DNA of 64,000 nt from Octopus vulgaris. Lineage: Eukaryota. Location: contig OX597814.1 of the NCBI GenBank assembly GCA_951406725.2, forward strand, positions 192,386,001-192,450,000, in the 5' to 3' direction. The position numbers and the translations under genes are program-made. Below are positions 1 to 13,250 of the stretch, piece after piece (positions within the stretch are counted from its first letter, which is position 1; the number at the start of each line of letters is the position of its first letter). Under the pieces are notes generated by a model. That model was not told the DNA's origin. It made no database searches and saw only the letters and a list, made by a program, of their open reading frames with translations.

Positions 1-243
1 GGGGATTTCCCTTCTTCATCTTTTATATCGACTGTTGAGCTGTGACGGTTTAAATAATTCTCCAAACTGATCACACAGTTTTGGTATACCCAGTCATGAA
101 GGTCGGTCGGCATAGTTTATTTTACGTTCTAAATGTTTAAAGAAAAATACAAAAAAAACAACATGCATACGATTAAATAAGCTGAAAGCTTTTCGTGTGA
201 ACATAAGGAAAACCAAAATTTACTTATACCATACGATATACAA

Positions 244-990
244 TACCGTAAATCCTCGAGTATAATCCGCACTTTTTTCCCAAAATTTAAAGGTCAAAAT
301 CCCTAGTGCGTACTATATACGAGGTTAAAAATGAAAAATATTTTCTTAGCAATGCCCGAGTCTCTATTTGCAGTCCGGCAATGTTTATTCAGACACATTT
401 TGTGATGTCGGGCACGAAAATACATTAAGCTAAGCCCGAAAGCAATGAAGTCATAAAAGAATCATCCATAATTTGCAGTAAGCAACATTTATTAAAATAA
501 AAGTATTCAGAACACAGAATAACACGTAGCAAAAACAATTTACAAACATATTTACATTCCCATATAACAGTTAAGAACATCACCATTATTGTGTTAAGCA
601 TGCGCGGAAGTGTTTGTTCGTCTAGGTGCTGGCTTAATTACGTCCGAAAATACCTTAAGCTAAGCCTGAGAGCAATGAAGTCATGAAAGAATCATCCATA
701 ACTTGCAATAAGCAACATTTATTAAACGTTATTACTGTTATTTCTTTATTTTCTGCAAACAAAATGCACAAAAAAGCTACACGTTTGCATTGTGTTATAT
801 GTACAATAATAATAAAGGACGTTATCGTATACATTTTTACAAACCAAGGACGTTATATAGACCTCCTTCACTCAAGTTTGAGAAGGGGTGCGCGTATTAT
901 ACACAAGGTTTAGGTTTTTCAGAAATACAGCCCCCTCAAAATCCCCTACGTACTATACTCAAGGGCAGATATACTCGAGGATTTACGGTA
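244..990. mobile_element. Non-autonomous pogo/Tigger-like (Tc1/mariner) MITE
   Basis: Perfect terminal inverted repeats taccgtaaatcctcgagtata (244-264) / tatactcgaggatttacggta (970-990) including the flanking TA; internal ~70-bp direct repeat (~427-497, ~657-727); no transposase. Confidence 0.8.
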
Positions 991-1061
991 ATTAATTTTG
1001 AAAATAATGAAGGGTTTGTTAAAAAAACTTTGTCATTATTAAGCTGGTGTCTGGAATACAA

Positions 1062-1712
1062 TGTATGTATGTATGTATGTATGCATGTATGTATGTATGT
1101 ATGTATGTATGTATGTATGTATGTATGTATGTATGTATGTATGTATGTATGTATGTATGTATGTGTGTGTGTATGTATGTATGTATGTATGTATGTATGT
1201 ATGTATGTATGTATGTATGTATGTATGTATGTATGTCTCTTCTATTTTTTAATTACTATAAATTTTCTACTGAGGAGAAAGCCGGTTTCCAAAAATAATA
1301 AAGACAAATTCACATTTGGAACTTGAGAAAAGTCTTGCATATTTTACCTGTTCCACTCACAGATTGCACTTGTAATGTACGAATTTGCCGGTCGATTTCT
1401 CTTTCTGAAAATCTCAGTTTCTCCAGATTCTCCTTTAAGCATTTACTAACAAAACCTTTTGCTCCAATGATTGTATGTATGTTTTTATGTATGTATGTAT
1501 GTATGTATGTATGTATGTATGTATGTATGTATGTATGTATGCATGTGTGTGTATGTATGTATGTATGTTTGTATGTATGTATGTATGTATGTATGTATGT
1601 ATGTATGTATGTATGTATGTATGTATGTATGTATGTTTGTATGTATGTATGTATGTATGTATGTACGTACGTATGTATGTATGTATGTACGTACGTATGT
1701 ATGTATGTATGT
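1062..1712. repeat. (TATG)n microsatellite tracts (about 1062-1235 and 1472-1712)
   Basis: Directly visible tetranucleotide repeat; source of the MYVC pseudo-ORFs. Confidence 0.95.
1236..1472 (-). mobile_element. 3' end of a restriction-like-endonuclease LINE (R4/Dong-like) embedded in (CATA)n
   Basis: Minus strand reads IIGAKGFVSKCLKENLEKLRFSEREIDRQIRTLQVQSVSGTGKICKTFLKFQM* (stop 1312-1310), resembling R4/Dong C-termini, then a short 3'UTR running into (CATA)n. The same 3'UTR recurs at ~1713-1775 and ~5898-5965. Confidence 0.6.
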
Positions 1713-2132
1713 CTCGCCTATTTATTTTATTATTATAAATCTTTCACTGAGGAGAAAGCCGGTTTTCAGCAAAGATTCAAGGCTTCATATTTGGGATATA
1801 GTTAACACAGACAAATTGTAAACATAACGGGCTGGATATTGTTGTTTGGGGCAGAGGGACAAAGGCATGTACCATCATAGAGGTCAGCTATGTGTGTGTG
1901 TGTATGCATGTTGTCTTTCTCTTTTTAATTTAAAGTAAATTTTGACCGGCCACCTACTTGGTAGCAAGGTTGTAAAGGAAAGCATTTTATTTTAAACACC
2001 ATCCTTTAAATCATGAGAAGATATTGCAGATTTTTATGGTCCCAGATATCGGGACCATTTGTAGCGTATAACTTAAGGATTTGTCTTCTCTCTCCAAGAT
2101 CCCATGTTCAGCTATACTTTCCTCGAGGTGGG

Positions 2133-2166
<34 letters not shown>

Positions 2167-2697
2167 TGTATGTATGTATGTATGTATGTATGTATGTATG
2201 TATGTATGTATGGGTGCGCGCGCGCGTGTGTGTTTGTGTGTGTGTGTATGTGTGTGTGTGCGTATTTATGTGCAAATACGTTTTGTTCAGAAACTTACGG
2301 AACGCGAGCAGCTTGCTCTTCTTAATGTTTGCACCATAGTAATACCGAGCATATCCACATAGTTGTTGAATTATTGCACAAAATTACGGCTGATAACTGT
2401 TAAATAACAATTAGATTCGTTAGACAGTCGACACTGTTCCAATGTATGAAGTAATATAACAACTGGTCAACGATACAAGCTTGGTTTTATAGCCACGATA
2501 GAAAAAAAACCCAGTGTAATCTTGCTGCTATCTTATTGCCAAGACCTTGATTATATTTTTTGTTTTATGTGCCTGCACACGTATACATACACACATACAG
2601 TTTCAAACATACATATCCACCCATATACAAATATATTTATGATTATATTCATGTATATCTCTAAGTATGTTGGTATATATATATATATATGTACGTG

Positions 2698-2729
<32 letters not shown>

Positions 2730-3370
2730 CATGTATGTACATGTGTGACTATGATAGAAACACGAGAATTGGTATTTTCAGAAGGTCATGGGAAACACCT
2801 GTGATATGGAAAGTAAAATTGTTTAACGAAGTTTTGATGGGTGTGCGTTGAGGTGTTTCGCGGTGAAGGTTAGGAGAATAAAGGAAAAGGTATGAGAGAT
2901 AGACAGATAGAAAAATAGATAGATAGAGGTGTGTATGTGTGGTGGTGGTGGGTATGCGAGTAGTAGTTCAAAAAGCCAGAAGTCAACTAAGCGATAATGA
3001 TCAACGCAGGAAACAATGTAAGCATATATTAGCAGAAATATTTTGCAAACCAGTTTAGTTTTTGTTGTTGAAAGCAGGTCGGTCAGTTCTGATTGAGTAG
3101 AGCTATGATTGGAAGCATTCCGATAATGACCAACCTCTTTTCTTGAAGTATACCTTCTACTGTAGTATTCCAGTCTTGAGATAGTTGCGCACAGCGTGAG
3201 AGAGATTTGGTTGTTAGTTCCAATAGGTCAGAGACCATGCCGAGGTTACCTTTTACTTAGCCAGTTAAATTGGCTGAGTATTTAGCCATAGAATTTCAAG
3301 AGTTTAAAATTATATTGACTAAGTGTCGTACTGCAAGTTATAGAGACATCGTTTGTTAATTATTTTCCCT

Positions 3371-3530
3371 TTATTACCTCCACCTTTGCTAAGGCGGAGG
3401 TATTTTTTTCAGTCGTGTTTGTTTGTTTGTCCGTGGACAAGATATCTCAAGAACCGCTTGATGGATTAGGATGAAACTTTCAGGGATTTTTGGCTTCGTG
3501 AATGATTAGATTTTGGGATCGATCCAGTAT
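3371..3530 (+). mobile_element. Helentron/DINE-1-like (HINE) 5' fragment
   Basis: Starts ttattacctccacc...ggcggaggt (subterminal hairpin), followed by (gttt)n and a gatatctcaagaacc...atgaaacttt core typical of HINEs. Confidence 0.45.
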
Positions 3531-5315
3531 GCATAGGGATGGCGACATACAGCTTCGTCGTCGTGAAAAAATAAGCACATCATTTTCATGTTACAGATCT
3601 GTTTAAGGTTAGGCTTAACATGAAACCGATGCGCCTATTTTCTCACCGTATCAGATATCACAAGTGAAAGTGGTTGTAATGCAATTTGTTCGCAGGATGT
3701 ACAGCAGGGAATCTGGAGTGATGATGCTGATGCTAGTCTCCTAAGAATGATGTTCTGTTACAAGACCATGGACGTGGTGAAAATACTCCACTGAGCAATG
3801 TCTTAAGCCGATATCTCAAATGGAATATCTTACAATCAACCATTTAGATTACAACTCATGAGCCGATGATATCCGAGCAAAACCTTTGCAATCAAAGATA
3901 TGTAGCGGCAATTAGTTGTGACTATAAAGTTCTTGGTTGAGGTCGAGAGTCACCAATTGTAACGGTAGAAATTGAATTGTAAACAATATTATGATGATGT
4001 CGTTGTCAGTAGTTGCGACGCTAAAAAATTTTTGTTATGACAGCATACTGTATGATGTGAAAGATGAACAATGCATGAAGTTTTAAGGAAATATTTATTT
4101 ACCGTTACGTTGAAAAATACCATATCTCGACGGGCAGGTTATGATAAATCCAAAAGCATGCGAAGTAAAGTTTGTGTTTGTGTCCTCTTCATTGTTTAGT
4201 AGTAGTAATTCACAGATAGCGATAGAATGATGTTGTGAGAGAACAGAATTAGAGCTAGAGAGAATTGTAGGGTGTTGTCTCAAGTTGCTGACAGTAAACT
4301 TCATTTCTCCCTCTGACCAAGGTTCTAGTTGGTCAACCAAACTTCGTTCTCACTGAGTTGTTACCACAGTGACTAACTGATTTTTGCTTGGGGTGTGATT
4401 GCTTATATAGCTATCCAGAAGGATAGATATATCATTGAGAACAATAGATTTAGTTGGTGGTCTTGTTATATCTCTATTCTAGCTTTTGGTGAAGTAGAAG
4501 AGGTTAGAAAGGGTCAAGTGGTGAAGATATTATTTCGGCCTTGCTAAAGGTATCTGGAAGATGTAAAACTGCTGTCAGAGAAAAGCCATTGTTCCATCGT
4601 GGGAAAAGTTCTGTAGCAGTGTTAATTTAAATTTGGCCGCGGTGGATTGAATCCACTTCATGCATGCAAGATCCACTACAGATAAATTAGAAAAGACACG
4701 AACCTACTTCCAGTCTGTAAAACCACTACCCCTCCAACAAAAGATGCTTTCAATCCTTTTGAAAAAATACTGCTGCACATAAAAATGTCGATTGAGCAAA
4801 TATAACGAAAACAGTTTTGAGTTGTTTTCCCACCTGCAAATGCATTGAATAAATAACACTGATTAAATAGTTGTATGTTTATTCGTACATGTTGCAAATA
4901 TTTTGTTTCCTTGTCTCTTTATACATACTGCGGATGTTGTAGAGAGATTGGGAGTACGCAGTTCCTAATGCTGTTTTCTTTTAAAGGATATGCGAGCGTG
5001 CGTGCGTGAGTGTGTGAGAAAATAGGGGAAGTAAGTTTATGTCGAGTGTAATGGCTGAATGGCTGGTTGTTTGCCGCGTGGAGGCAAACCCTACGATGGA
5101 CACCCCTAGGGAGACGGAAGAGTAACAGATCAAAAGTACCATGGAGAAGGTTCACAGAAACCGGAGCAGAAGTAGAACTTGGATTCTTGAAGTAAGAAAA
5201 GGGCTCCTTAATTCAAAGACCTCACAAAATCATGCTATCTTGGACAACAGAAAATTGCAAGACCTTAAAACTTAAAAGGCAAATCGGTTGCTCAAGGGAT
5301 GAGGAAAAGTAAAAG

Positions 5316-5706
5316 ACCATACTCTGAGCGCCTTGTTTCCCTGGGCATGGATTCACTGAAGCTCCGGCGTCTGGCGATGGACTTAGTAAACACCCACAAA
5401 GTTATCAACCACCTCACCAACAACAACACTGAATACCTTTTTGATCTCCATGTGTCTAACACACGTGGACATGCCTACAAAGTCAGAAAACAACACAGCT
5501 CCCATGACTTTCGGAAACATTTTTTCACGCTCAGAGTTGCTGAAGCATGGAACAAACTGCCTGCGTCAGTTGTTGACTGCCATGACACTGCATCCTTTAA
5601 GGCCCTCATACTTTCCGAAATCCGCCGAAACTACACTTGATTATACATACACTTTAGATGAGTTGTAGTGCACCTGAGCACTGTACACAATTATTATTAT
5701 TATTAT
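5316..5706 (+). mobile_element. 5'-truncated CR1-like LINE 3' end (same family as 31979-34450)
   Basis: [19 protein letters not shown]...EIRRNYT* is nearly identical to the C-terminus of the 592-aa ORF; same 3'UTR and (ATT)n tail. Confidence 0.9.
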
Positions 5707-6015
5707 AACCCCACCCCTTTTATTTCTTTCTTTCTTTCTATATTTCTGGTGAACTTTCTCTGCAACTTTTCTACTGATCCTGTGCCGGTCAAAACAGACG
5801 TTGAAACTCCAATCAGGAAAACACACACATACATGCTTGTATGTATGTATGTATGTATGTATGTATGTATGTATGTATGTATGTATGTATGTATGTATTC
5901 TCTTCTATTTTTTTTAATTATTAGAAATCTTCCGCTGAGGAGGGAGCCGGTTTCCAACAAAGATACAAGGCAACAACCCAAAGAAGGAGCATTGGATCAT
6001 ACATACATACATACA

Positions 6016-6046
<31 letters not shown>

Positions 6047-6614
6047 CAGAAAAACGTGTCATCCAAGAAGACACGGTAGACGATGACAATCTAGAATAAA
6101 GTATAGATATAAATCATTAACTATAAATAGTAAATGATATCCAATTCACTGTAAAAAATACTAATTTAATGCTTGGAAGTATGTGTATAACTTAGTAATA
6201 AATGGTTACTATTTTGATGTTAGATAGGAACAGTATCGTCTGTCGTTCAAGTTCAAGGTATATTTTTACTAAAACTATTGTAATCTGTTTCACGTGTCGG
6301 TTGTTTAGCTCCATGACCTTCATAACGCAAAAAGAAGAAATTTTATCCTGATTCTCATTTTCTATAGTTTATGTGTCATTACTGAGCGCTGGGTTGCATG
6401 TTTGTTTGTACCGAGAGTGTTTGCTTCTGTTGGTCGAGCTAATGTTGAGTGATGATCGCGAATACAAACGGCCGAGAATGTGTCGTCGCTGGGGTGTTGC
6501 GTTGACTGGTCAGAGATGATGACTTGTTGGGTTGATGAATAAAAATGTGATTCTTTGGCTGGGTGAAGAAGTAATTGATAACACTCGCGAACATTTAGCA
6601 TAAGGTTTTATTAT

Positions 6615-7258
6615 TTATTTCTTTATTACCCACAGTGGGGCTAGACATAGAGGGGACAGACAAGGACAGCCAAAGGGATTAAGTCGATTACATCGACCCC
6701 AGTGCGTTACTGCTACTTATTTAATCGACCCCGGAAGGATGAAAGGCAAAGTTGACCTCGGCGGAATTTGAACTCAGAACATAACGGCAGACGAAATACC
6801 TATTTCTTTACTACCCACAAGGGGTTAAACACAGAGGGGACAAACAAGGACAGACATAGGTATTAAGTCGATTACATCGACCCCAGTGCGTAACTGGTAC
6901 TTAATTTACCGACCCCGAAAGGATGAAAGGCAAAGTCGACTTCGGCGGAATTTGAACTCAGAACGTAATGGCAGACGAAATACCGCTAAGCATTTCGCCC
7001 GGCGCGCTAACGATTCTACCAGCTCGCCGCCTATGTGTAATAATCCTTTCTACTAAAGGCACAAGGCTTGGATTTGGTGGGGATGGGGACAGTCGATTAC
7101 ATTGACCCTAGTACTCAACTGATAGTTCATTTATCGACCCCGAAAGGAGAAAGGCAAAGTTGACCTCGGCGGAATTTGAACTCGGAACATAAAGACGGAT
7201 GAAATACCGCTAAGTATTTCGCCTGGCATGCTAACGATTCTGCCAGCTCGCCGTCTAT
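6615..7258 (-). mobile_element. Tandem copies of tRNA-derived SINE family B
   Basis: About three adjacent copies of ggcggcgagctggcagaa...gagttcaaattccgccgaggtcgactttgcctttcatcc, with Pol III A/B-box-like motifs. Confidence 0.85.
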
Positions 7259-7285
7259 GTGTAACAATAAAGCCTAATAGGGCGG

Positions 7286-7594
7286 CGATTTTAGTATACA
7301 TACCTTATTAGTATTTCCTTCTATGTTCTATATATTCTGGGAACGCATTAAAGCGGGTAACTAATTTCATGTTATAACATAACTGACTTCACAATTTGGG
7401 TATTCATAACTTATTTGGAATTCCTAAAGACAAGATCCTGTGTAAGACAGTTCAGTATTCTCTGTAAATGCGCAAAAACCGTTTTAAGGGCTACATACTT
7501 TGTATTGTTGCCATTGGATTAGCGAAACAATTATGAGAACGGAACCAAGGGATATGCCCCGCTTTCCCTGCAATTACCCGGTGCGTTAGCTAGT
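7286..7594 (+). mobile_element. Helitron 3' fragment
   Basis: Reverse complement of 14925-15155; ends aattacccggtgcgttagCTAGt. Confidence 0.55.
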
Positions 7595-7597
7595 ATG

Positions 7598-7688
<91 letters not shown>

Positions 7689-7697
7689 GTATGTATA

Positions 7698-7754
<57 letters not shown>

Positions 7755-8269
7755 CATATGCATATATACATACTACATATATGTACATACCTACATATTT
7801 ATGTATATACACATGCATATATGGTACTGGAGTAAAACAAAAACGTGAACATGAAAAACAAATACATGGAAAACGAACTGTTTTTGGAACAACGAAAGAA
7901 ACAAATAGAGAGGCGAGACATGCAACATAAAGAACAACCCCTTCATCAGTTGTCCTCTGTTTTATCTACTCCGCGTTTCGAACGCTTGGGACAAGACGCG
8001 TTTTCGTTAAAACAGTCGTTCCTGCAAAGTAACTTAAATAAAATTTGGGATTTGCGGAGGGTTAAAGTGGTAACAAAAACAGGACAGTAAGAACAAAACA
8101 GTAAAAACAAACGGTAAGGGCTGTTAAGCCATAACGAAGGGAAGTGGAGAAACAAAATTTGACAGGAGACAAGCAAAAATATGTGTCATCTCTTGTAGCG
8201 CAAGGAGAAGAAAAAAAAGATAGCCGCTGGTCACGTGAATGCCAGCGGAGACCACACCCAATCACCATC

Positions 8270-11100
8270 CAGATGGAGCCACAGATGCCTCAACCTCAGC
8301 TCGTGCCTGAGCATCATCAGCCAAGGCATCCCTAGCCCACCCTTTGACGGTTGTGGCAGCAAATACAGCGTCTTGCGAGCGGATTCGAGGCCTTCCACAA
8401 GAAGCGGAAGAGCTGTCTTTCTAGCTTGTTCAACCACGAATCAGTGCAGGGGACGACGGTTAGGTGGTATGTGATGACCAATGCGATGAACACATTGGCC
8501 ACCTCCGCCCTCCATTTCAGGGATAGCCACCGCCAAGACCAGGTCTTGGCTATGTGGGCCACCCTGTTCGCTACCTCGGCCCAGTTCTTCTCTATTTGGA
8601 GGCCTGGTCCAAACCAGACTCCTAGCAACTTAATCGGACACTCCGTCCAACGTCCCACGACGCTGTCAGGAGGCATCGACTTGCCTCTCCAGATACCGAA
8701 CTGCAATCCGACTGACTTTCCACGATTAACCTTTGCTCCTGCCACCGTCTCGTATTCCTCAATGGCCTTGCCTACGCTCTGTAGGTCATCCATTTCTATT
8801 ACGATGATGGTGATGTCGTCCGCGTACGCTGAAACCGACTCTCCACAACCTAGTTGTCTCTGGATGTTGCTCAATTATCGTAGCAATGGCTCAAGAGCCA
8901 TTACATAGAAAAACGGGGAGAGCGGACACCCTTGACGAAACGAGCTTTCGATGCTGAACGGCTTAGATAAAAAGCCGTTCACCCGAACTATCGAGTCGAT
9001 GTTGTGATAAATTTCAATGATCCACCCGAGGAAACCAAGTCCCAGACCGAACCGCGCCAGCACGGACACCAGGTAATGATGGTCGACCCTATCAAAAGCC
9101 TTTGATTGGTCTAAATGGACCACTACCCCTCCCTGCCAGAATCGTTATTAAACCCTCTACAGTGTACCGTATAATATGGATATTATCCTAAGTGGATCTA
9201 CCTGGAACGGCACATGTCTGTGCCTTCCCGATTAAGCCATCCGCACCACACTCTAATCTTTTCGATAACACTTTGGCCAAAATTTTCAACTCCGTGTTTA
9301 GCCGAGTGATGGGCCGAAAATTCTCAATGCAATCCCCCTTGTTCGGGTCCTTTTTAACAAGCGCTACAACTCCCCGGCGCACAGATCTGGAAATGAACCC
9401 ATTCTGCTGCCAGTTCGTAAAGACATTCGCCAGCAAGTGCCCGAACGAGTCTAGCATACGAGTTTAGACTGTTCAGTCCCGGCGCCTTACGCGCGCCGCA
9501 GTTCGCCATAGCCTCAATTACCTCTTCAGGCATGATCGGCCCTTCACAACGCTCCGTGTCCTGCCCCGATAGGCGCGGCAGTCCGGTGAGGAAGTCCATT
9601 AGATCCCTCCTACTGTCCGGTCCGCCACCCCCACCGAAAAGCTGGTCGAAGTGCTCCTGAAAGACCTCACACATCTCTTCGGGCTCGTTTATCAACTTAC
9701 CTCGTTGGTTCGTCAAAGATCTAATTGTGCCATCATTGTCACGTTGGGCTTCCACTACTCGGGCCCATCAAGCGACCTGATGTCATTAAAGAAGTGACCT
9801 TGCTTCCAGCTTGACCCCAGGCCACGCACATTCAAACAACCAACATGAATACAAGCCATCTACTTACCTTGGCATCAGTGGCTTTCAGCCTTGTCCTTTT
9901 CCGAGCTCGTGGAGTGGTTTGACATAGGTCCTCGTACATGGACTTACTGAAGGAGGCGATATTGGTGTTTTTTGTTTGTTTTGGTGAATAGTGGTGGGGA
10001 GGGGTAGTTTGAATTTCGTGTGTGTCTGTTGAGGGAGCTTTTTTCTTGTTTGAGCTGGATGTTGAGGGGGTGATATTGTTGTTCTTCCTTTTAGTTAATT
10101 TTCTTCCTTCTTACGGTAGACCACCCGTCTTCACTCCCAGCTGGTTGAGTTTTTTCATAGCTGGGAGCCTGCTGGTCGGTCTTCTGTGTCTCTGCCTCTT
10201 CTGCGTCCTTTTTTTGGGCCGTCTCCACCTTACGGGTAGGACAGTTTGTCCGAATGTGGCCTTTCTCTCCACATTCGAAGCACCGGGGTCTTCTCCCCTC
10301 CACCATTACCCGCAAGGTGGTTTCTTCTCCGAGGTGTATGTTCTCTATGATCTTTTCCAGAGTCTGTGGCGCCGCTTGGTTAATGACCTCGAGGTCTTGC
10401 CCCTCCCAGTTCTGCTGGTGTATTTTGGGGGCCTCTAATATCGTTATTTCTTCTATCCCCATCAGTAGGGCTGGGAATAAATTGATACATTTATTTCTGG
10501 CGGGATCTCTTCTATCGTGATCTTTGATGTGCGCCTGCCTAAGTATGCTGGCAGCAACACAATGTCCGTGGTTCTCAAAGGTTGTACTGAGTGTGTTTTT
10601 GCTTTCTCTTCAGTTTTGAAATACACTACTACAGTGGCAAAGCGTTTGCCTCTGGTCAGTTATTCTATGTCCTGCCAGATCGGCTGCAGGCATTTTTCTA
10701 TAGCTTCTTTTGGTGCTTTGTCAAGTTTCTTCTCCTTTACAACAAGAGTTTTAAATACGACAATTCTTTTTTTTTTCGCGGTTTCTTCTATGATTTCACT
10801 CGGGAGGGTGGCTTTTACGACATATCCCTCCTTTGAAAACATGTTTTGGTGCTGTATTATTACACTTCGGTCAACACATAATTTTTTTGTTTCACTCCAG
10901 CCGCAGCTGCAGAATTAATCTTTTTTTTTTTTTTTTTGCCGGTTCTAAAGTTTTTCTGCCGTCGGCATACTTAATATTTCACAGGTTTTTTCCTCTGCAG
11001 AGGAAGTATTCATTTTCAACAAAATAAATTTGAGGAAAAACGCCACAAATGGAAAATTCTCCACTTACAGAGGGGAATAAAAGTTCACTTCGTCTGCCAC
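8270..11100 (-). mobile_element. Degenerate Tx1/L1-clade LINE (ORF1 zinc knuckle plus fragmented APE-RT ORF2)
   Basis: ORF1 remnant with CCHC knuckle CFECGEKGHIRTNC (10091-10462); APE start MACIHVGCLNVRGL near 9858 followed by an internal deletion; RT motifs NFRPITRLN, LDQSKAFDRVDH, RQGCPLSP and AYADD split over frameshifted ORFs 8332-9755. Confidence 0.85.
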
Positions 11101-11125
11101 ACGCAGAACGGTATTAATAAAGAAA

Positions 11126-11632
11126 GGCGGCGAGCTGGCAGAAACGTTAGCACACCGGGCGATATGCGTAGCCATATTTCGTCTGCCGCTACGTTGTGAG
11201 TTCAAATTCCGCCGAGGTCGACTTTGCCTTTCATCCTTTCGGGGTCGATAAATTAAGTACCAGTTGAACTCTGGGGTCGATGTAATCGACTTAATCCGTT
11301 TGTCTGTCCTTGTTTGTCCCCTCTATGGTTAGCCCCTTGTGGGTAGTAAAGAAATAGGTATTAATAATAACATAAAGAAAGGCGGCGAGCTAGCAGAAAC
11401 GTTAGCATACTGGGTGAAATGCCCCTTGTGGGTAGTAAAGAAATAGGTATTTCGTCTGCCGTTACGTTCTGAGTTCAATTGCCGCCGAGGTCGACTTTGC
11501 CTTTCATCCTTTCGGGGTCGATTAAATAAGCACCAGTTATGCACTGGGGTCGATATAATCGACTTAATCCGTTTGTCTGTCTTTGTTCGTCCCCTCTGTG
11601 TTTAGCCCCTTGTGGGCAGTAAAGAAATAGGT
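11126..11632 (+). mobile_element. Two tandem SINE family B copies
   Basis: Head ggcggcgagctggcagaaacgttagc and B-box-like gagttcaaattcc, repeated twice. Confidence 0.85.
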
Positions 11633-11853
11633 ATTAATAATAACACAAAGAAAAGAATTCAGCAACAACAATTTCAAGAATTCCAACACTAACCTTCAAA
11701 CGAAAAATACACCACAGAATTAATCACAAGTAACAAAACCGCTAAGCATTTTGCCCGGTGTGCTAACGATCCTTCCAGCTCACCGCTCTTCATAATAATA
11801 GTACGTAACATACACATAAAGCTTGTAATTTGAGGAAGAAAGGAATAATCGAT

Positions 11854-12085
11854 TACAGCAATCCCTCGACTATCGCGGATGCTATGTTCCAATCCACCGC
11901 CCCCACCCCGCGATAGGTGACAATCCGCGAAGTAGAAACATTACTGTACTGTATATTTTTTAAAAATATTTTTTATAATTTGTCTATATTTATTTTATTA
12001 TAAATGCAAAGCAACACCACGGAGGAGTCGACGCAAGCTAAAATAATAAACCGCGATAAGTGAAGCTCGATATGGGATTATTGAA
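11854..12085. mobile_element. Degenerate Tigger/pogo-like MITE
   Basis: TA-cagcaatccctcgactatcgcgg at the left end and ccgcgataag...gggattattg at the right end (imperfect TIRs). Confidence 0.5.
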
Positions 12086-12818
12086 TATCGAACCGGTCCG
12101 GAACTGGAACTTTATTCTTATCATGTTCAAAAGGCTGAAAGATAAAGTTGGTCTCGACGGGATTTGAACTCAGAATGTAAAGAGCAGAAACAAATACCGT
12201 AAGGTATTTTGTACGACATCCTCGCCATTCTACCAATCTGCAATTAAAATTCGTTTGTTAATCAAATACAACTTAATACGTGGATATTATCTGAAGCTAA
12301 GTAGTCAGGTAATTTATGTCGAAATTTGAGTCTAACCAGCCTATAATTGTTTTAGCTTAAAGTGTCACACTTAAAATATCGAACTAACAACACTCCTGGT
12401 GCAAAAAAGAAAAAGGGAAAACAGGCGTTAATTCCGAATGACTAATTAACAGTAAAGTAATAAACATCAGACAAAAATTTAAGTCATCCTATCATATATG
12501 TTGTTTGCTGAAACTTTATGACATTTTCTATTATTTTTATTTTTCAAGCATTAAGGTCAAGACTGAGTCTAATTTAAATATAACTAAAACAAGCACTTTC
12601 TTTGTTATTTTGTTACCTTTTTGTATTAGAAAATATCGGATTGCGTAAGCATTTTAATTACGTTCATATTACGGAAACCCATAAATATCAAAGAAATGTT
12701 ATCTAGATGACCGAGTCAATAAGGTGCCGAGTAACCGTCCAAAGGATAGGCGATTTAATTTTATGTCCAAGGCAGGAGACTTAACTCTTATGGCCCGATA
12801 CGTATGACACAAAACAGG

Positions 12819-13250
12819 GGATCTTTTCGGTTTGACCGGCAGTTTTTTAAAAATAATTTCCACGTAACTAAATACTTTTAAACTTCGTATACTGGTAGAA
12901 TGTGTTTATAAAACATCTTTTTCTCTTGGATTTATTGAGAAAATTCTATAGTTTATAAGATATTTCTTGTTTGTTTTCTTCTTTTATTTCTGCAATTTCA
13001 ACCAATCAATGACGTCTATTGAGGTGAAAACATTCTGTGCCGTATGAATATGTCCCTCGTTTAAGAAACAGATTGGGATTATTTACATTTCTGAAGAAAA
13101 AAGATACCCTTCCCCCCACCCCTAACCCTAACTCTAACCCTAACCCTAAAACAGATTGAAATGCAATAGATCGATACTAAGGTCATAATTATGGGTGACA
13201 ATTTCATATGACACCGCTAGAAAAGACTGTCGGTCAAACCGAAAAGATCC
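12819..13250. mobile_element. MITE with GG termini and 8-bp TSD (Merlin-like)
   Basis: TIRs ggatcttttcggtttgaccggcag / ctgtcggtcaaaccgaaaagatcc; exact TSD aaaacagg at 12811-12818 and 13251-13258; internal (CCCTAA)n tract. Confidence 0.8.

Noticed and set aside
790-2851. Many ORFs rich in MYVC/CMYV or HTYI (also at 5.7, 7.5, 20.3, 27.6, 31.7 and 60.2 kb)
   Set aside because: Translations of (TATG)n/(TA)n/(TG)n microsatellites, which lack stop codons; no splice or domain support.
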